DNA of 54,645 nucleotides from a virus, in IMG/VR virus record IMGVR_UViG_3300045988_061800, positions 1-54,645 of that record; one strand, written 5' to 3'. Of the stretch, positions 39,763 to 48,839 are shown piece by piece. Position numbers and translations under genes: made by a program. Under the pieces are notes generated by a model. The model made no database searches. It saw only the letters and a program-made list of their open reading frames with translations, and was not told the DNA's origin. Position 1 is the stretch's first letter. The number at the start of each line of letters is the position of its first letter.

Positions 39763-41827
39763 ACGGATTGGGGAATTGCCTCTTATCGAAGACCTTGATG
39801 ATGAGTCTTTTTTTGTGGCTGAACAACAAGGTGCAGCAGGACATATTACCGGCGCACAGATAAAGGGATTCGCCCGGAAGTCCGTGGAGGATATTGCAAA
39901 CGCTTCCCAGAAATCGGCTGAAGCGGCGGCGAAGAGTGCGTCTGCAGCCCAGGAGAGCGCTACTCAGGCGGAGGAAGCGCAGGAAGCAGCAGAGAGTGCC
40001 AAGAGTGGGGCAGAGGTTGCACAAAAAGCGGCGGAAACGGCACAAGGCGCCGCCGCGGACGCGCAGGCCGGGGCGGAGAGCGCCAAGACGGCAGCGGAGG
40101 CAGCGGCGGACGTTGCAGCGAAAGACGCCGCCGAAGGTGTGCGGGAAGAGCTCTCCGTCTATGTGGAGCAGACTAAGGCAAACGCCCAGGCGGCAGCAGA
40201 TTCGGCTTCGGAGGCCGCAGCGTCCCAAGAGGCCGCAGCAAAAAGCGCCCAGGGGGCGGCAGGCAGTGCAACTGCGGCGGCGCAGAACGCGGTGGATGCG
40301 GCGGATGCCAGAACGGCTGCCGAAGCGGCACAGGGCAAGGCGGAGGCCGCCCAGGTGGTTGCGGAAGCAGCCAAGAGCGGGGCGGAGACAGCGGCGGGCA
40401 CGGCCACTACAAAGGCCGAAGAAGCAAGCGCGAGCGCCGAGACCGCCAAGCAGTACAGCGGAAAACCGCCGAAGCCGCAGAATGGAACCTGGTGGGTATG
40501 GAACGCAGAGACCCAGGCGTATACCGATACCGGGATTAAGTCTGTTCTCTCCATTGTGAAATCCTATCCCTCTGTGGAGGCTATGGAGGCGGACAAGCTC
40601 AATATGCATGAGGGCGACCTAGTTATCATCGCCTCCACTGTAGATGACCCAGATAACTCCAAGCTCTATGTGCATGATGGCGTTGGCTGGGTGTATCTCT
40701 CCGATCTTTCCGGCGTGGAGGGCGTGGGGATTGCGGGCATCTCTCAGACTGACGGCAACCATGCGCCGGGCACCACGGACACCTACACAATTGAGCTGAC
40801 CGATGGGAGCTCATACGAGTTCACTGTCTACAATGGTGCGGATGGCGACGGAAGCGGAGACATGCAGTCTTCTACATATGACCCACAGGGCAAGGCGCAA
40901 GACATCTTCGGATATGCGGACAATGCAGCAAAAGGCAAGCAAGACAAGCTGAAAGGTACCGCTGGCCAGGTGGTAGGCTTTGACTCCGAAGGCAACGCAA
41001 TCCCCCAGGCGGCCCCCAGCGGATTGCCGGATGGCGGAACTGTGGGGCAGTTGCTGGAAAAAACGGAGGACGGGGCAGAGTGGGCAGACAAGCCTGTGAT
41101 GTATGTAAACATAACGCCACCGGCTGGAGATTCCCCGTTCGGAACGGCTGACCACACGATTGCTGAAATAACGCAAGCAGTCTTGAACGGGGTAACCGTG
41201 CTTTCAAAAATATCGGCAGGAACCGATACTAAAGTAATTCCACTTTCGACTGTAACAGACAGTGTGGCTTCCTTTTCGTCTACGTCTGTAGACTACGGCG
41301 GGTCTGTTATCGCCAATATTGTACCCCAAGAACAGTCCGAAGTGGTTATTATAGCGGAAGATCAATTTAGAGCAAGCCAGATTCTATACGATAAAGGAAC
41401 GAGTGGCCTTGATTCAGATGATGTGCAAGGCGCAATCAAAGAACTGGCTAAGAACAAGCAGGACTCCGCAGATGCTGTAACTGTTTCCGGCGGCGGCACG
41501 ATGCAGATGGGGGAGAGCCTGGGCAAAGGGCCGTACACCATTGAGGTGACAGAAGACGGAGAGGGCGGCGACCTCTCCGCCGAATATGTGGGCTACAGCA
41601 ACACGGGCAGCGGCCTGGAGGCCACCAATGTGCAAGAGGCTATCGACGAGCTGGCGGGGAAGGGCGGAGGCGAGTATCTGCCTTTGACTGGCGGGACTAT
41701 GACGGGGCCTCTCACTTTAAGCGGGCTGCCGACCAGCGAAAACCACGCCGCCAACAAGCAGTATGTGGATGGCTTGGTTGGTGACATCAATGCCATGCTG
41801 GATGCCATCAACGGGGAGGTGGTGTGA
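39752..41827 (+). CDS. Tail fibre with long Ala-rich coiled-coil repeats
   Basis: AAEAAQ/AKSA-type repeats over residues 45-240. C-terminal LPLTGGTMTGPL...AANKQYVD fibre motif. Confidence 0.8.
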   Translation: MADKRIGELPLIEDLDDESFFVAEQQGAAGHITGAQIKGFARKSVEDIANASQKSAEAAAKSASAAQESATQAEEAQEAAESAKSGAEVAQKAAETAQGAAADAQAGAESAKTAAEAAADVAAKDAAEGVREELSVYVEQTKANAQAAADSASEAAASQEAAAKSAQGAAGSATAAAQNAVDAADARTAAEAAQGKAEAAQVVAEAAKSGAETAAGTATTKAEEASASAETAKQYSGKPPKPQNGTWWVWNAETQAYTDTGIKSVLSIVKSYPSVEAMEADKLNMHEGDLVIIASTVDDPDNSKLYVHDGVGWVYLSDLSGVEGVGIAGISQTDGNHAPGTTDTYTIELTDGSSYEFTVYNGADGDGSGDMQSSTYDPQGKAQDIFGYADNAAKGKQDKLKGTAGQVVGFDSEGNAIPQAAPSGLPDGGTVGQLLEKTEDGAEWADKPVMYVNITPPAGDSPFGTADHTIAEITQAVLNGVTVLSKISAGTDTKVIPLSTVTDSVASFSSTSVDYGGSVIANIVPQEQSEVVIIAEDQFRASQILYDKGTSGLDSDDVQGAIKELAKNKQDSADAVTVSGGGTMQMGESLGKGPYTIEVTEDGEGGDLSAEYVGYSNTGSGLEATNVQEAIDELAGKGGGEYLPLTGGTMTGPLTLSGLPTSENHAANKQYVDGLVGDINAMLDAINGEVV

Positions 41828-41828
41828 T

Positions 41829-42299
41829 GTGGGCACTGCTGCGGATAAGCTAACCTATTTACAGGAGACGAAAGAGGCAATTCGGAAAGCAATTGAGGCG
41901 CAGGGGGGGACTGTGGCCGCGGGGCTCCCATTTCGTCAATATGCGGGATATATCACGCGCCTCACCCCGCCGAATGCTTTGGCGGTATCGGACGGTGACG
42001 TACAGGTTACCTGTAAGCTGGGCCACCCAGTACGGGTAGATGGGCCATTAGCCTACCCAACGGGTAAGACCTACTATCTGTCGCTAGAAGGGGACGGACT
42101 CCCTGAGATTGGGAATATGCGCTGCCCTAAAGGGGCGATTCTCTTAATTACCCCTCTATCGGCAGGAGGGAAAATCGCTGTAGAGGGTGGAGCGGAGGCA
42201 CTTGGCACATCCTCTGATGGCGGCCAGACATACCGAATAACAGGAGATTTTCTGATTTTTAGCTCAGGTGGTATGCACAGCGGCGGGAGCATCAACTAA
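41829..42299 (+). CDS. Tail-fibre-associated protein (156 aa)
   Basis: GTG 41829 lies 6 nt after GGGGAGGTGG. N-terminal KLTYLQETKEAIRKAIEAQGGTV. Confidence 0.6.
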   Translation: MGTAADKLTYLQETKEAIRKAIEAQGGTVAAGLPFRQYAGYITRLTPPNALAVSDGDVQVTCKLGHPVRVDGPLAYPTGKTYYLSLEGDGLPEIGNMRCPKGAILLITPLSAGGKIAVEGGAEALGTSSDGGQTYRITGDFLIFSSGGMHSGGSIN

Positions 42300-42340
42300 A
42301 GTAGATAACTACACGCACCACCTTCTTGGAGACATAAAAA

Positions 42341-42364
42341 GCCACCCCCGTCGGAGGGGGTGGC
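42341..42364. other. 9-bp GC hairpin GCCACCCCC/GGGGGTGGC with an A-run only on its 5' side
   Basis: On the minus strand it would read as stem plus CTTTTTAT, a terminator orientation opposite to all local genes. Confidence 0.4.
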
Positions 42365-42548
42365 ATGGACCAATGAAAGGTGAGGGGGTAAAAATGTTGG
42401 TCCGCGAAGTCATTATAGCATCCTGGAAGAGAATAGGCAAGCCTTCTAAGAAAGAGGAAGTGACGAATCAGTATGAAAAGAATCGACTTTGACAAGTACA
42501 CCACCGCGGTCGCCAGCATCGGCATGTGGCAATGGGTGGAGGTGTAAC

Positions 42549-43346
42549 ATGGCTATCGTTGTAAACGGCAAAAAAGTTGCCGGGGTGGGACTGCCTGGCA
42601 AAGACGGAGCTCCAGGGGCAGACGGCAAGGATGGTGCACCTGGAAAGTCCGCCTATCAGGCGGCAAAAGAGAAAGGATATACCGGAACCGAAGAGGAGTT
42701 TAACACCGCTCTGGCTGGTATGCAAAGTGCTCCATTCCTGCCGCTGAGCGGAGGAACAGTTGAGGGCGTTCTCGAAATTAGATCAGGGATTGAATTTGGC
42801 TATGGCAGCAATTCGATAGAACTATCTCCCTCATCTGCAAGTCGGCTTGAATTGGTGGCTAATGCTTCCGGCGGGTCCAGTGGCGGCTCGATTGGCGGAA
42901 CAGTTGAGCTGATAGGGTTGTCCGCGCCAACGGCATCCAATAGTGCCGCAAATAAGCAGTACGTGGACGAGCACGCGGGGTCGAGGGTTATTTTGGGGAG
43001 CTATGTGGGGACAGGAAAAACAGGTAAAAGCAACCCTAATCAAATAACCTTAGCCGAACCCTTTAAAATACTCTGTATTTATGGCATGCAATGGCCAGAT
43101 TCGTATCGAAGTATCGACAATTCTGGTACTGGCGAAACTTCTGTCATTATTCCCGGCAGCATTATCCCTACTGAGTATACAAGCGGCTTTGGTTTTTTCT
43201 ACTCTAGCAACTCAAGAGATTCTTACGGTAAAAAATCAGCGGATGGAAAAACTTTCAGTTGGTATTATGACTATACTCCATCTGATGCAGCAACTGTGCA
43301 GCTTAATTTATCTCAAGTTGTATATCACTACTACGCCATAGTTTAG
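42549..43346 (+). CDS. Tail fibre with collagen-like G-X-Y repeats
   Basis: GLPGKDGAPGADGKDGAPGKSAYQAAKEKGYTGTEEEF. GGAGGTG lies upstream of ATG 42549. Confidence 0.75.
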   Translation: MAIVVNGKKVAGVGLPGKDGAPGADGKDGAPGKSAYQAAKEKGYTGTEEEFNTALAGMQSAPFLPLSGGTVEGVLEIRSGIEFGYGSNSIELSPSSASRLELVANASGGSSGGSIGGTVELIGLSAPTASNSAANKQYVDEHAGSRVILGSYVGTGKTGKSNPNQITLAEPFKILCIYGMQWPDSYRSIDNSGTGETSVIIPGSIIPTEYTSGFGFFYSSNSRDSYGKKSADGKTFSWYYDYTPSDAATVQLNLSQVVYHYYAIV

Positions 43347-43366
43347 AAATAAGAGGTGAATTAAAT

Positions 43367-43678
43367 ATGACCATCATCCAAATTGACCCGCTGGAGACCG
43401 GCCAGCACCCGATCCAGAGCCAGAGCGGGCGGCACGCCTGCTGGCTGGAGGGCTACATAGAGGTGCCCGCCCACCTCCATGACGCGGTGTGGGCGACCTA
43501 TGGCTGGTGTGACCTCCAGATTGAGGGGGACAAGCTGGTGGGCATCACGCCTACTGAGCGGCCTCCAGAGCCGGAGCCGGAACCCCAGCCGCCCCTCGCA
43601 GAGGACATCACTCTGGACATGCTGTCCGAGCACGAGGAACGACTTTGTATGTTGGAAATCACCACCAATGCTGTTTGA
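43367..43678 (+). CDS. Hypothetical protein (103 aa) with a PEPEPEPQP linker
   Basis: ORF track. GAGGTG lies upstream. Confidence 0.55.
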   Translation: MTIIQIDPLETGQHPIQSQSGRHACWLEGYIEVPAHLHDAVWATYGWCDLQIEGDKLVGITPTERPPEPEPEPQPPLAEDITLDMLSEHEERLCMLEITTNAV

Positions 43679-43692
43679 GGAAGGGGAAGGAC

Positions 43693-43842
43693 ATGAACAC
43701 GGTATTTAATCTCTGCAAGCTGCTTATTGACCGGGGCCGCACCGACGGCCTCCAGGACAAGATGGATGTCTATCTCGCCGCCGACCGGCTCACCCCGGAG
43801 GAGTACCAGGAGCTGGCCGGGCTACTGGCCCCGGAACAGTAA
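43693..43842 (+). CDS. XkdX-family small protein
   Basis: 49 aa ending ...RLTPEEYQELAGLL, the typical XkdX pattern upstream of lysis genes. Confidence 0.55.
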   Translation: MNTVFNLCKLLIDRGRTDGLQDKMDVYLAADRLTPEEYQELAGLLAPEQ

Positions 43843-43871
43843 TCAACAGCGGGATCGCTGGATAAAAGGAT

Positions 43872-45227
43872 GTGAATCAAATGAGTAAGCTCATTACATA
43901 CATCCCGCTCTCGTCCGTGGAGCGTATGGAGCTGCGGATCACCAACTGCCGCAAGACACTTTCCCAGGTCAAGTCAGAGACTGGTGCCCACTATGTGTTG
44001 AATGGCGGCATGTGGAACCCAGATGGCTCGGCCTGCCCGCTGCTCAAGGTGGGTGGGGTAATGCGCTCCGGCACACCATGGAGGACAATGGGCTACGCCT
44101 GGGACAAGGGCCCGGACATCCGCATGACCTCCGAGTACGAGGGAGCGGCCAACTTTATCGCGGTTACTGCCCTCATTGCCTCCGGCAAGCCGGTGGATAA
44201 GCCCTCCTATGGCTCGGCCCAGGGGGGCAAGCGGGGGCGCAGCGTCATCGGCCTGCGCGGTGGCAGTCTGGCCCTTTACTGCTCCGGCAACGGTACCAGG
44301 GATACAGCCACGCCAGAGACTCTGCGGGACGAGCTGGCCGGGCTGAGCTGGTCCTCCGCCGTCATGCTGGACGGGGGCGGCTCCAGCCAGTGTGACTTTG
44401 GCGGAGAGCGCATTACCGCCAGCCGCAAGGTGCACAACTGGATTTGTGTCTGGCTCAAACAGGGCGGCCAGAAGCCGCCGGAAGAGGAGGACAAGCCTAT
44501 GAGCAAGCATACTGTATGCCTTGACCCCGGACACGGGCCGGGCAACGTCAACGGATCCCCGGACGGTACATACAAGGAGTGGGAGTTTACCTGGGATATT
44601 GCACAGCGTATCAAGCCGTTGCTGGAGGCCCAGGGGGTGGGCGTGGTGCTCACCAAGACGGCGGACAACTACCCCAGCCTGACGGAGAGGGCCAACATCA
44701 GCAATAAGGCAAAGCCGGATTGCTTTGTGAGCATCCACACCAACGCCGCCGGGGAGGGCGGATGGTCGAGCGCGTCCGGGCTGGAGATCTACACCAGCGC
44801 AGGGCCTATGACGGCGCAGCGCAATGTTCTGGCCTCCAAGCTGGTCAACGCGTTCCACGCCGCCGGGGTCTCCCTGAGAAGTGAACCTATCAAGCATGAG
44901 ATGTATACCGTGCTCGCCAAGACGGACGCCCCCGCCGCACTCATTGAGTACGGCTTCCACACCAACAAGACGGACACGGAGTATCTCAAGGATAGCAAGT
45001 ACCGGGACAAGCTGGCCGAAGCCACCGCAAAGGGCATCTGTGAGTTCCTGGGCGTGGTGTGGCAAGCCGAACAGGGGGAGGACAACGCGGAGTACACCCC
45101 GGACAAATGGGCCTCTGAGGCGTGGCAGAAGGCCAAAGACAAGGGAGTTCTGGACGGCACCCGGCCCCGCGATAATATGACCCGGCAGGAGCTGGCCGTC
45201 GTGCTGGATCGGTTGAATCTGATTTGA
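43872..45227 (+). CDS. Endolysin: NAGPA/DUF2233-like N-domain, Amidase_3 domain and SLH-like C-terminal motif
   Basis: MLDGGGSSQ, then LDPGHG...SIHTNA (MurNAc-LAA), then WQKAKDKGVLDGTRPRDNMTRQELAVVLDRL. Confidence 0.8.
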   Translation: MNQMSKLITYIPLSSVERMELRITNCRKTLSQVKSETGAHYVLNGGMWNPDGSACPLLKVGGVMRSGTPWRTMGYAWDKGPDIRMTSEYEGAANFIAVTALIASGKPVDKPSYGSAQGGKRGRSVIGLRGGSLALYCSGNGTRDTATPETLRDELAGLSWSSAVMLDGGGSSQCDFGGERITASRKVHNWICVWLKQGGQKPPEEEDKPMSKHTVCLDPGHGPGNVNGSPDGTYKEWEFTWDIAQRIKPLLEAQGVGVVLTKTADNYPSLTERANISNKAKPDCFVSIHTNAAGEGGWSSASGLEIYTSAGPMTAQRNVLASKLVNAFHAAGVSLRSEPIKHEMYTVLAKTDAPAALIEYGFHTNKTDTEYLKDSKYRDKLAEATAKGICEFLGVVWQAEQGEDNAEYTPDKWASEAWQKAKDKGVLDGTRPRDNMTRQELAVVLDRLNLI

Positions 45228-45241
45228 TGGAGGTACATATC

Positions 45242-45514
45242 ATGGACATTTCTTCTTTGGGTATCACCGGAGTAGCGGTTATCACTGTGATCTGCTTCCT
45301 CGTCGGGCAGGTCGTCAAAGCCACCGGCCTGGACAATAAGTGGATTCCCATTATCTGCGGTGTGTTTGGCGCGGTGCTTGGCATCCTCGGCATGTTTATT
45401 ATGCCCGAGTTCCCGGCCAGCGATTACCTAACAGCCGCCGCTGTTGGCATCGTCTCCGGTCTTGCGGCCACTGGTATCAATCAGGTCTATAAGCAGTTGA
45501 CTAAGGAGGGCTGA
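45242..45514 (+). CDS. Holin
   Basis: 90 aa with 2-3 TM segments, directly after the endolysin. GGAGG lies 9 nt upstream. Confidence 0.7.
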   Translation: MDISSLGITGVAVITVICFLVGQVVKATGLDNKWIPIICGVFGAVLGILGMFIMPEFPASDYLTAAAVGIVSGLAATGINQVYKQLTKEG

Positions 45515-45843
45515 TGCCCATGGAGTGGGTAGGCCCACTGATTTCCGGCGCGGCGGTCGTTCTGGTGGCAATCATTGAGGCGGTCGCCGCGCGGGAACGG
45601 AAACGTGTCAAGGCAGATAACCAAAAGAGCGACGCGCTCATGCAGGGCGTGCAGGCCCTCCTCAGGCGCGAAATCATTGCCGAGTACAACCACTACTCCG
45701 AACAACGTTATATCCCGATCTACGGCATGGAAAACGTGCTGGACATGTACAACGCCTACAAGGCGTTAGGCGGGAACGGAATGGCGGCAAAACTGGTGGA
45801 GGCCCTGAAACAACTGCCCACGGAGCCGCCGGAAGGGACGTGA
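45514..45843 (+). CDS. N-terminally membrane-anchored protein (lysis-associated?)
   Basis: TM segment WVGPLISGAAVVLVAIIEAV. ATG overlaps the holin stop. Confidence 0.55.
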   Translation: MPMEWVGPLISGAAVVLVAIIEAVAARERKRVKADNQKSDALMQGVQALLRREIIAEYNHYSEQRYIPIYGMENVLDMYNAYKALGGNGMAAKLVEALKQLPTEPPEGT

Positions 45844-45847
45844 CTGA

Positions 45848-46108
45848 ATGAGCGCAAGAGCGAAGTTACCGGAACCATTGGATAAACTCTTGCGCTCTCA
45901 GTTGGAGAACGCCATCCACGAGGCTGCCCTACACCGCGACGATGAATTGATCGCCAAGCGGCGCATCATTGATAAGTGGGGACAGATTGATGTTGCGGCG
46001 GAGCTGGGCTGGGATCGAAGCACAGTTAGCGACCACGAGAAATACATATTCCAGAGGGTTGAGGCTGTAGCAAAACAACTCTATACGAAAAAGGGAGCCG
46101 GGGATTAA
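45848..46108 (+). CDS. Small HTH protein resembling sigma-70 region 4 (candidate transcription regulator)
   Basis: IDVAAELGWDRSTVSDHEKYIFQRV helix-turn-helix. 86 aa. Confidence 0.5.
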   Translation: MSARAKLPEPLDKLLRSQLENAIHEAALHRDDELIAKRRIIDKWGQIDVAAELGWDRSTVSDHEKYIFQRVEAVAKQLYTKKGAGD

Positions 46109-46123
46109 CCCGGCTCCTTTTTT
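46094..46123. terminator. Bidirectional terminator GGAGCCGGG-gattaa-CCCGGCTCC flanked by an A-run and a T-run
   Basis: Perfect 9-bp stem followed by TTTTTT. Lies between convergent genes. Confidence 0.8.
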
Positions 46124-46409
46124 AATATTTTGTTGCAAACCATCCGATACACTGAGGGATTGGAAAATTTTCGTTGTAATATCGTTTCACACAAATATGT
46201 CTTGTGTCTTTCCACCCAGTTCTTTTATCCTCTATCCCATCTTCTTCCAATACAATATCATTTTTGGAAAATGCCTCTCCCATAACATCGTCAGTATGCT
46301 GCTTGACTATATACTCTTTCATATCCTCTACATTATTAAATTCTTTTGCTTCTGACATAGCCTCTTTCAGTCCGCCTCTATGGGGCCGATATATAATCAT
46401 ATTTTTCAC
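46122..46409 (-). CDS. Hypothetical protein (95 aa), AT-rich reverse-strand moron
   Basis: ORF track. The only minus-strand gene in the late region. Confidence 0.6.
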   Translation of the reverse strand: MKNMIIYRPHRGGLKEAMSEAKEFNNVEDMKEYIVKQHTDDVMGEAFSKNDIVLEEDGIEDKRTGWKDTRHICVKRYYNENFPIPQCIGWFATKY

Positions 46410-46602
46410 GCTCCCTTTCTATTATAAAGTAACATCTCAAAAAGTAAATACAAAAAATTACGCGAATCCCCCATAACTTCCACACAACCCCCACATGTGT
46501 GCCGCCCATGCGGGGTTATTTTATGCGACAATATAGACATGGAGGACGTGAGGAACAAGGGTTGGTACACGTCGCCGCCCTCCTCACGGACTCCTTATTT
46601 TT

Positions 46603-46782
46603 ATGGACAAGGACGTGTTTGATATGACTTTGATTGAGAGGATGGTAGCTGCTGGAATGTCCCGTGATTGTGCCGCCGAAACCGCGATGTGGTACATGGC
46701 ACAGGGAGATGACGAGGGGCTGGAGGATTACGTGACCGCCATAGAGGCAGGGAAGGAGGCGCATCAATATGGCGTTTCCTAA
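46603..46782 (+). CDS. Putative 59-aa protein (start uncertain)
   Basis: Under 60 aa. No clear SD. Preceded by a 12/14-bp hairpin plus TTATTTTT (46541-46602). Confidence 0.35.
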   Translation: MDKDVFDMTLIERMVAAGMSRDCAAETAMWYMAQGDDEGLEDYVTAIEAGKEAHQYGVS

Positions 46783-47248
46783 CTATACCTATCCAGCGTA
46801 TGGGGCCTACAATCCTGTTACCCCATTTGCGGCTCCACAAGTATATCAGCCCCAGCAGACTACTCAGCAACCTTCACAGGCCATTCAGGCGCAGGGGAGT
46901 GTAAACACACAGCCCGCTTTTTTCTGCCGCCCTGTGGCCTCCAGAGAGGAAGCGCTGGGGGTTCCGGTAGATTTTATGGGTGCTCCCATGTTCTTCCCTG
47001 ACCTTGCCCATAATGTGGTCTACATGAAACGATTCAACACCAACACCGGCGCGGCGGATGTGTTTGAGTTTCACGGCCAACAGCAGGCAAGAGAACAGCA
47101 GGTAGAGAATCCGCTCCCAGCTTTTGCACCGCTGGATGAGTTTATGGACATGAAGGACACCATCAACAATTTGAAAGATGAAATAGAGCGGCTGAAAAAG
47201 CCTGTCCCCAGCGGAAAGGCAGGGAAAAAGAATGATGCCGATGAATAA
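46769..47248 (+). CDS. Hypothetical protein with Q/P/Y-rich N-terminus (159 aa)
   Basis: GGAAGGAGG RBS. ORF track. Confidence 0.6.
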   Translation: MAFPNYTYPAYGAYNPVTPFAAPQVYQPQQTTQQPSQAIQAQGSVNTQPAFFCRPVASREEALGVPVDFMGAPMFFPDLAHNVVYMKRFNTNTGAADVFEFHGQQQAREQQVENPLPAFAPLDEFMDMKDTINNLKDEIERLKKPVPSGKAGKKNDADE

Positions 47249-47465
47249 CCCCATGATGGCTATGATGCAGATGATGCAGTCGGGAAGGAATCCCATGCAG
47301 CTCCTCCAACAGATGGCAGGGCAAAACCCGCAGGCGGCACAGGCTATGCGGCTCATCCAGGGTAAAAATCCCCAGCAACTCCGACAGACTGCGGAAAACA
47401 TGGCAAAGCAACGGGGAACTTCGATTGAGGAGATCGCAAGGCAACTTGGTATCCCCATGAAATAA
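47232..47465 (+). CDS. Met/Gln-rich small protein (77 aa)
   Basis: MMPMNNPMMAMMQMMQSGRNPMQLLQQMAGQNPQ... Confidence 0.55.
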   Translation: MMPMNNPMMAMMQMMQSGRNPMQLLQQMAGQNPQAAQAMRLIQGKNPQQLRQTAENMAKQRGTSIEEIARQLGIPMK

Positions 47466-47571
47466 AATAGCGCACTCTTTATCAGTTTTCGGGTCTTGAT
47501 AAAAACCGCTCTTTGGAAACATCCGGGGAGCGTACGGCCCCGATGTAATAACTGACAAAGGAGTATATACA

Positions 47572-48333
47572 ATGGATAACGATTTTGCGACTGGCTATGC
47601 TCTTGGCTCCGACTCCAACGGCGGCAACTGTAACAATGGCGGCTTTTGGGGTGGCGATGGCTGGTGGGCTATCATCATCTTCGCCATGATTTTTGGCTGG
47701 GGCCGCGGCGGCTTCGGTGGTTTCGGCGGTGGCGGTGCCAGCACCGATCCCGGCCTCGAGGGCCTAGCCACCCGTGCCGATGTGAACGAGGCCATTGCGT
47801 TCAATGGCGTTGAGCGCGGCATCTCTGCTATCCAGCAGGGCATCTGTGACAGCACCTATGCGCTGAATAACAGCATCACCAGCGGCTTCAACAACACCAA
47901 TGTGGCACTTCTCCAGGGCTTCAACGGCGTCCAGTCTCAGATGTGCAACATGGCCGCTCAGGCACAGGACTGCTGCTGCCAGACCCAGCGCGCTATCGAC
48001 GGCGTGAACTACAACATGGCGACCAACACCTGCGCCATCCAGAATACCATCCAGAATAGCACACGAGATATCATTGACAGCCAGAACGCTGGTACTCGTG
48101 AAATCCTGAATTTCTTGACTCAGGATAAGATCGCCTCCCTCCAGTCTGAGAATCAGGCGTTGAAGTTCCAGGCCAGCCAGACCGCACAGAACTCTTATCT
48201 TGCTGCCATGTCTGACGCTCAGACCTCTGAGCTGATTCGGCGCATCAACCCCATGCCCGTACCCGCTTACCAAGTGCCCGCCCCCTATCCCTATTGCGGG
48301 ACCTACAGCAGCGGCTGCGGCTGTGGCTGCTAA
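47572..48333 (+). CDS. Gly/Asn-rich membrane-anchored protein with Cys clusters (253 aa)
   Basis: AAAGGAG RBS. GGFWGGDGWWAIIIFAMIFGWGRGGFGGFGGGG, an internal CCC, and the C-terminus CGTYSSGCGCGC. Confidence 0.65.
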   Translation: MDNDFATGYALGSDSNGGNCNNGGFWGGDGWWAIIIFAMIFGWGRGGFGGFGGGGASTDPGLEGLATRADVNEAIAFNGVERGISAIQQGICDSTYALNNSITSGFNNTNVALLQGFNGVQSQMCNMAAQAQDCCCQTQRAIDGVNYNMATNTCAIQNTIQNSTRDIIDSQNAGTREILNFLTQDKIASLQSENQALKFQASQTAQNSYLAAMSDAQTSELIRRINPMPVPAYQVPAPYPYCGTYSSGCGCGC

Positions 48334-48431
48334 ACTGGTCGAAATCGACCACTTTAAATTTCCGGCTCTGCCGTGACTATTTCGGGGCGGCGGGCTAAAT
48401 GTCTGCCGCCCCTGATTTCTGGAGGTATTTT

Positions 48432-48827
48432 ATGTCTTGTAAGCCTGTTTGCCGTCTGTGCGACAACCTGGTGCTAAGCCAGGCGGTCACCTTTACTGGA
48501 GGGAATCTTGAAATCAATCTGCCTGCCGGCGCCTACAACAACGGCGGGAAGTATTGCATTGTGGTAGCTCAGTCCATCCCGGCCACAACTACCATCAATG
48601 CACCTGTGTACATTACTATTGGGACGGGGACAGAGCTATATCCCCTTACCAAGCGTAACTGCGCTCAGGTGACTGCCTGCGGCATCCGCACTCGCACCCG
48701 CTACTCCGTCTGTGTGGTGACTACCCCCACCGGCGGCTCGTTCCGCATGTTGGGGCAGCCCTGCTGCTCTCCCAGCAACAATCTTGCCAGTATTGACGGC
48801 GGTACTGCACCCGCCCCTACGGCGTAA
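48432..48827 (+). CDS. Cys-containing beta-rich protein (131 aa)
   Basis: GGAGG lies 7 nt before ATG 48432. MSCKPVCRLCDN... Confidence 0.6.
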   Translation: MSCKPVCRLCDNLVLSQAVTFTGGNLEINLPAGAYNNGGKYCIVVAQSIPATTTINAPVYITIGTGTELYPLTKRNCAQVTACGIRTRTRYSVCVVTTPTGGSFRMLGQPCCSPSNNLASIDGGTAPAPTA

Positions 48828-48839
48828 GGAGGGGTCAAA

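Noticed and set aside
39725-40609. Long Arg/Cys-rich ORFs on both strands (39725..40609 minus, 39894..40559 plus, 40159..40554 minus) overlapping the tail-fibre gene
   Set aside because: They are alternative-frame readings of the GC-rich GCN-repeat (Ala-rich) coding region. Their composition is non-protein-like, they have no RBS, and the fibre frame has clear fibre motifs.
39752-43346. Invertible or shufflon-type tail-fibre segment controlled by the small serine recombinase
   Set aside because: All fibre ORFs are on one strand, there are no alternative C-terminal cassettes in inverse orientation, and I found no flanking inverted repeats. The recombinase is also 24 kb away.
43974-45065. 363-aa minus-strand ORF antisense to the endolysin gene. 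Similar cases: 25119..25946, 24356..25033, 48636..49520, 14976..15734, 28484..29128, 46874..47572.
   Set aside because: These are antisense shadows of genes with recognisable domains or good RBSs. High GC content keeps them open.
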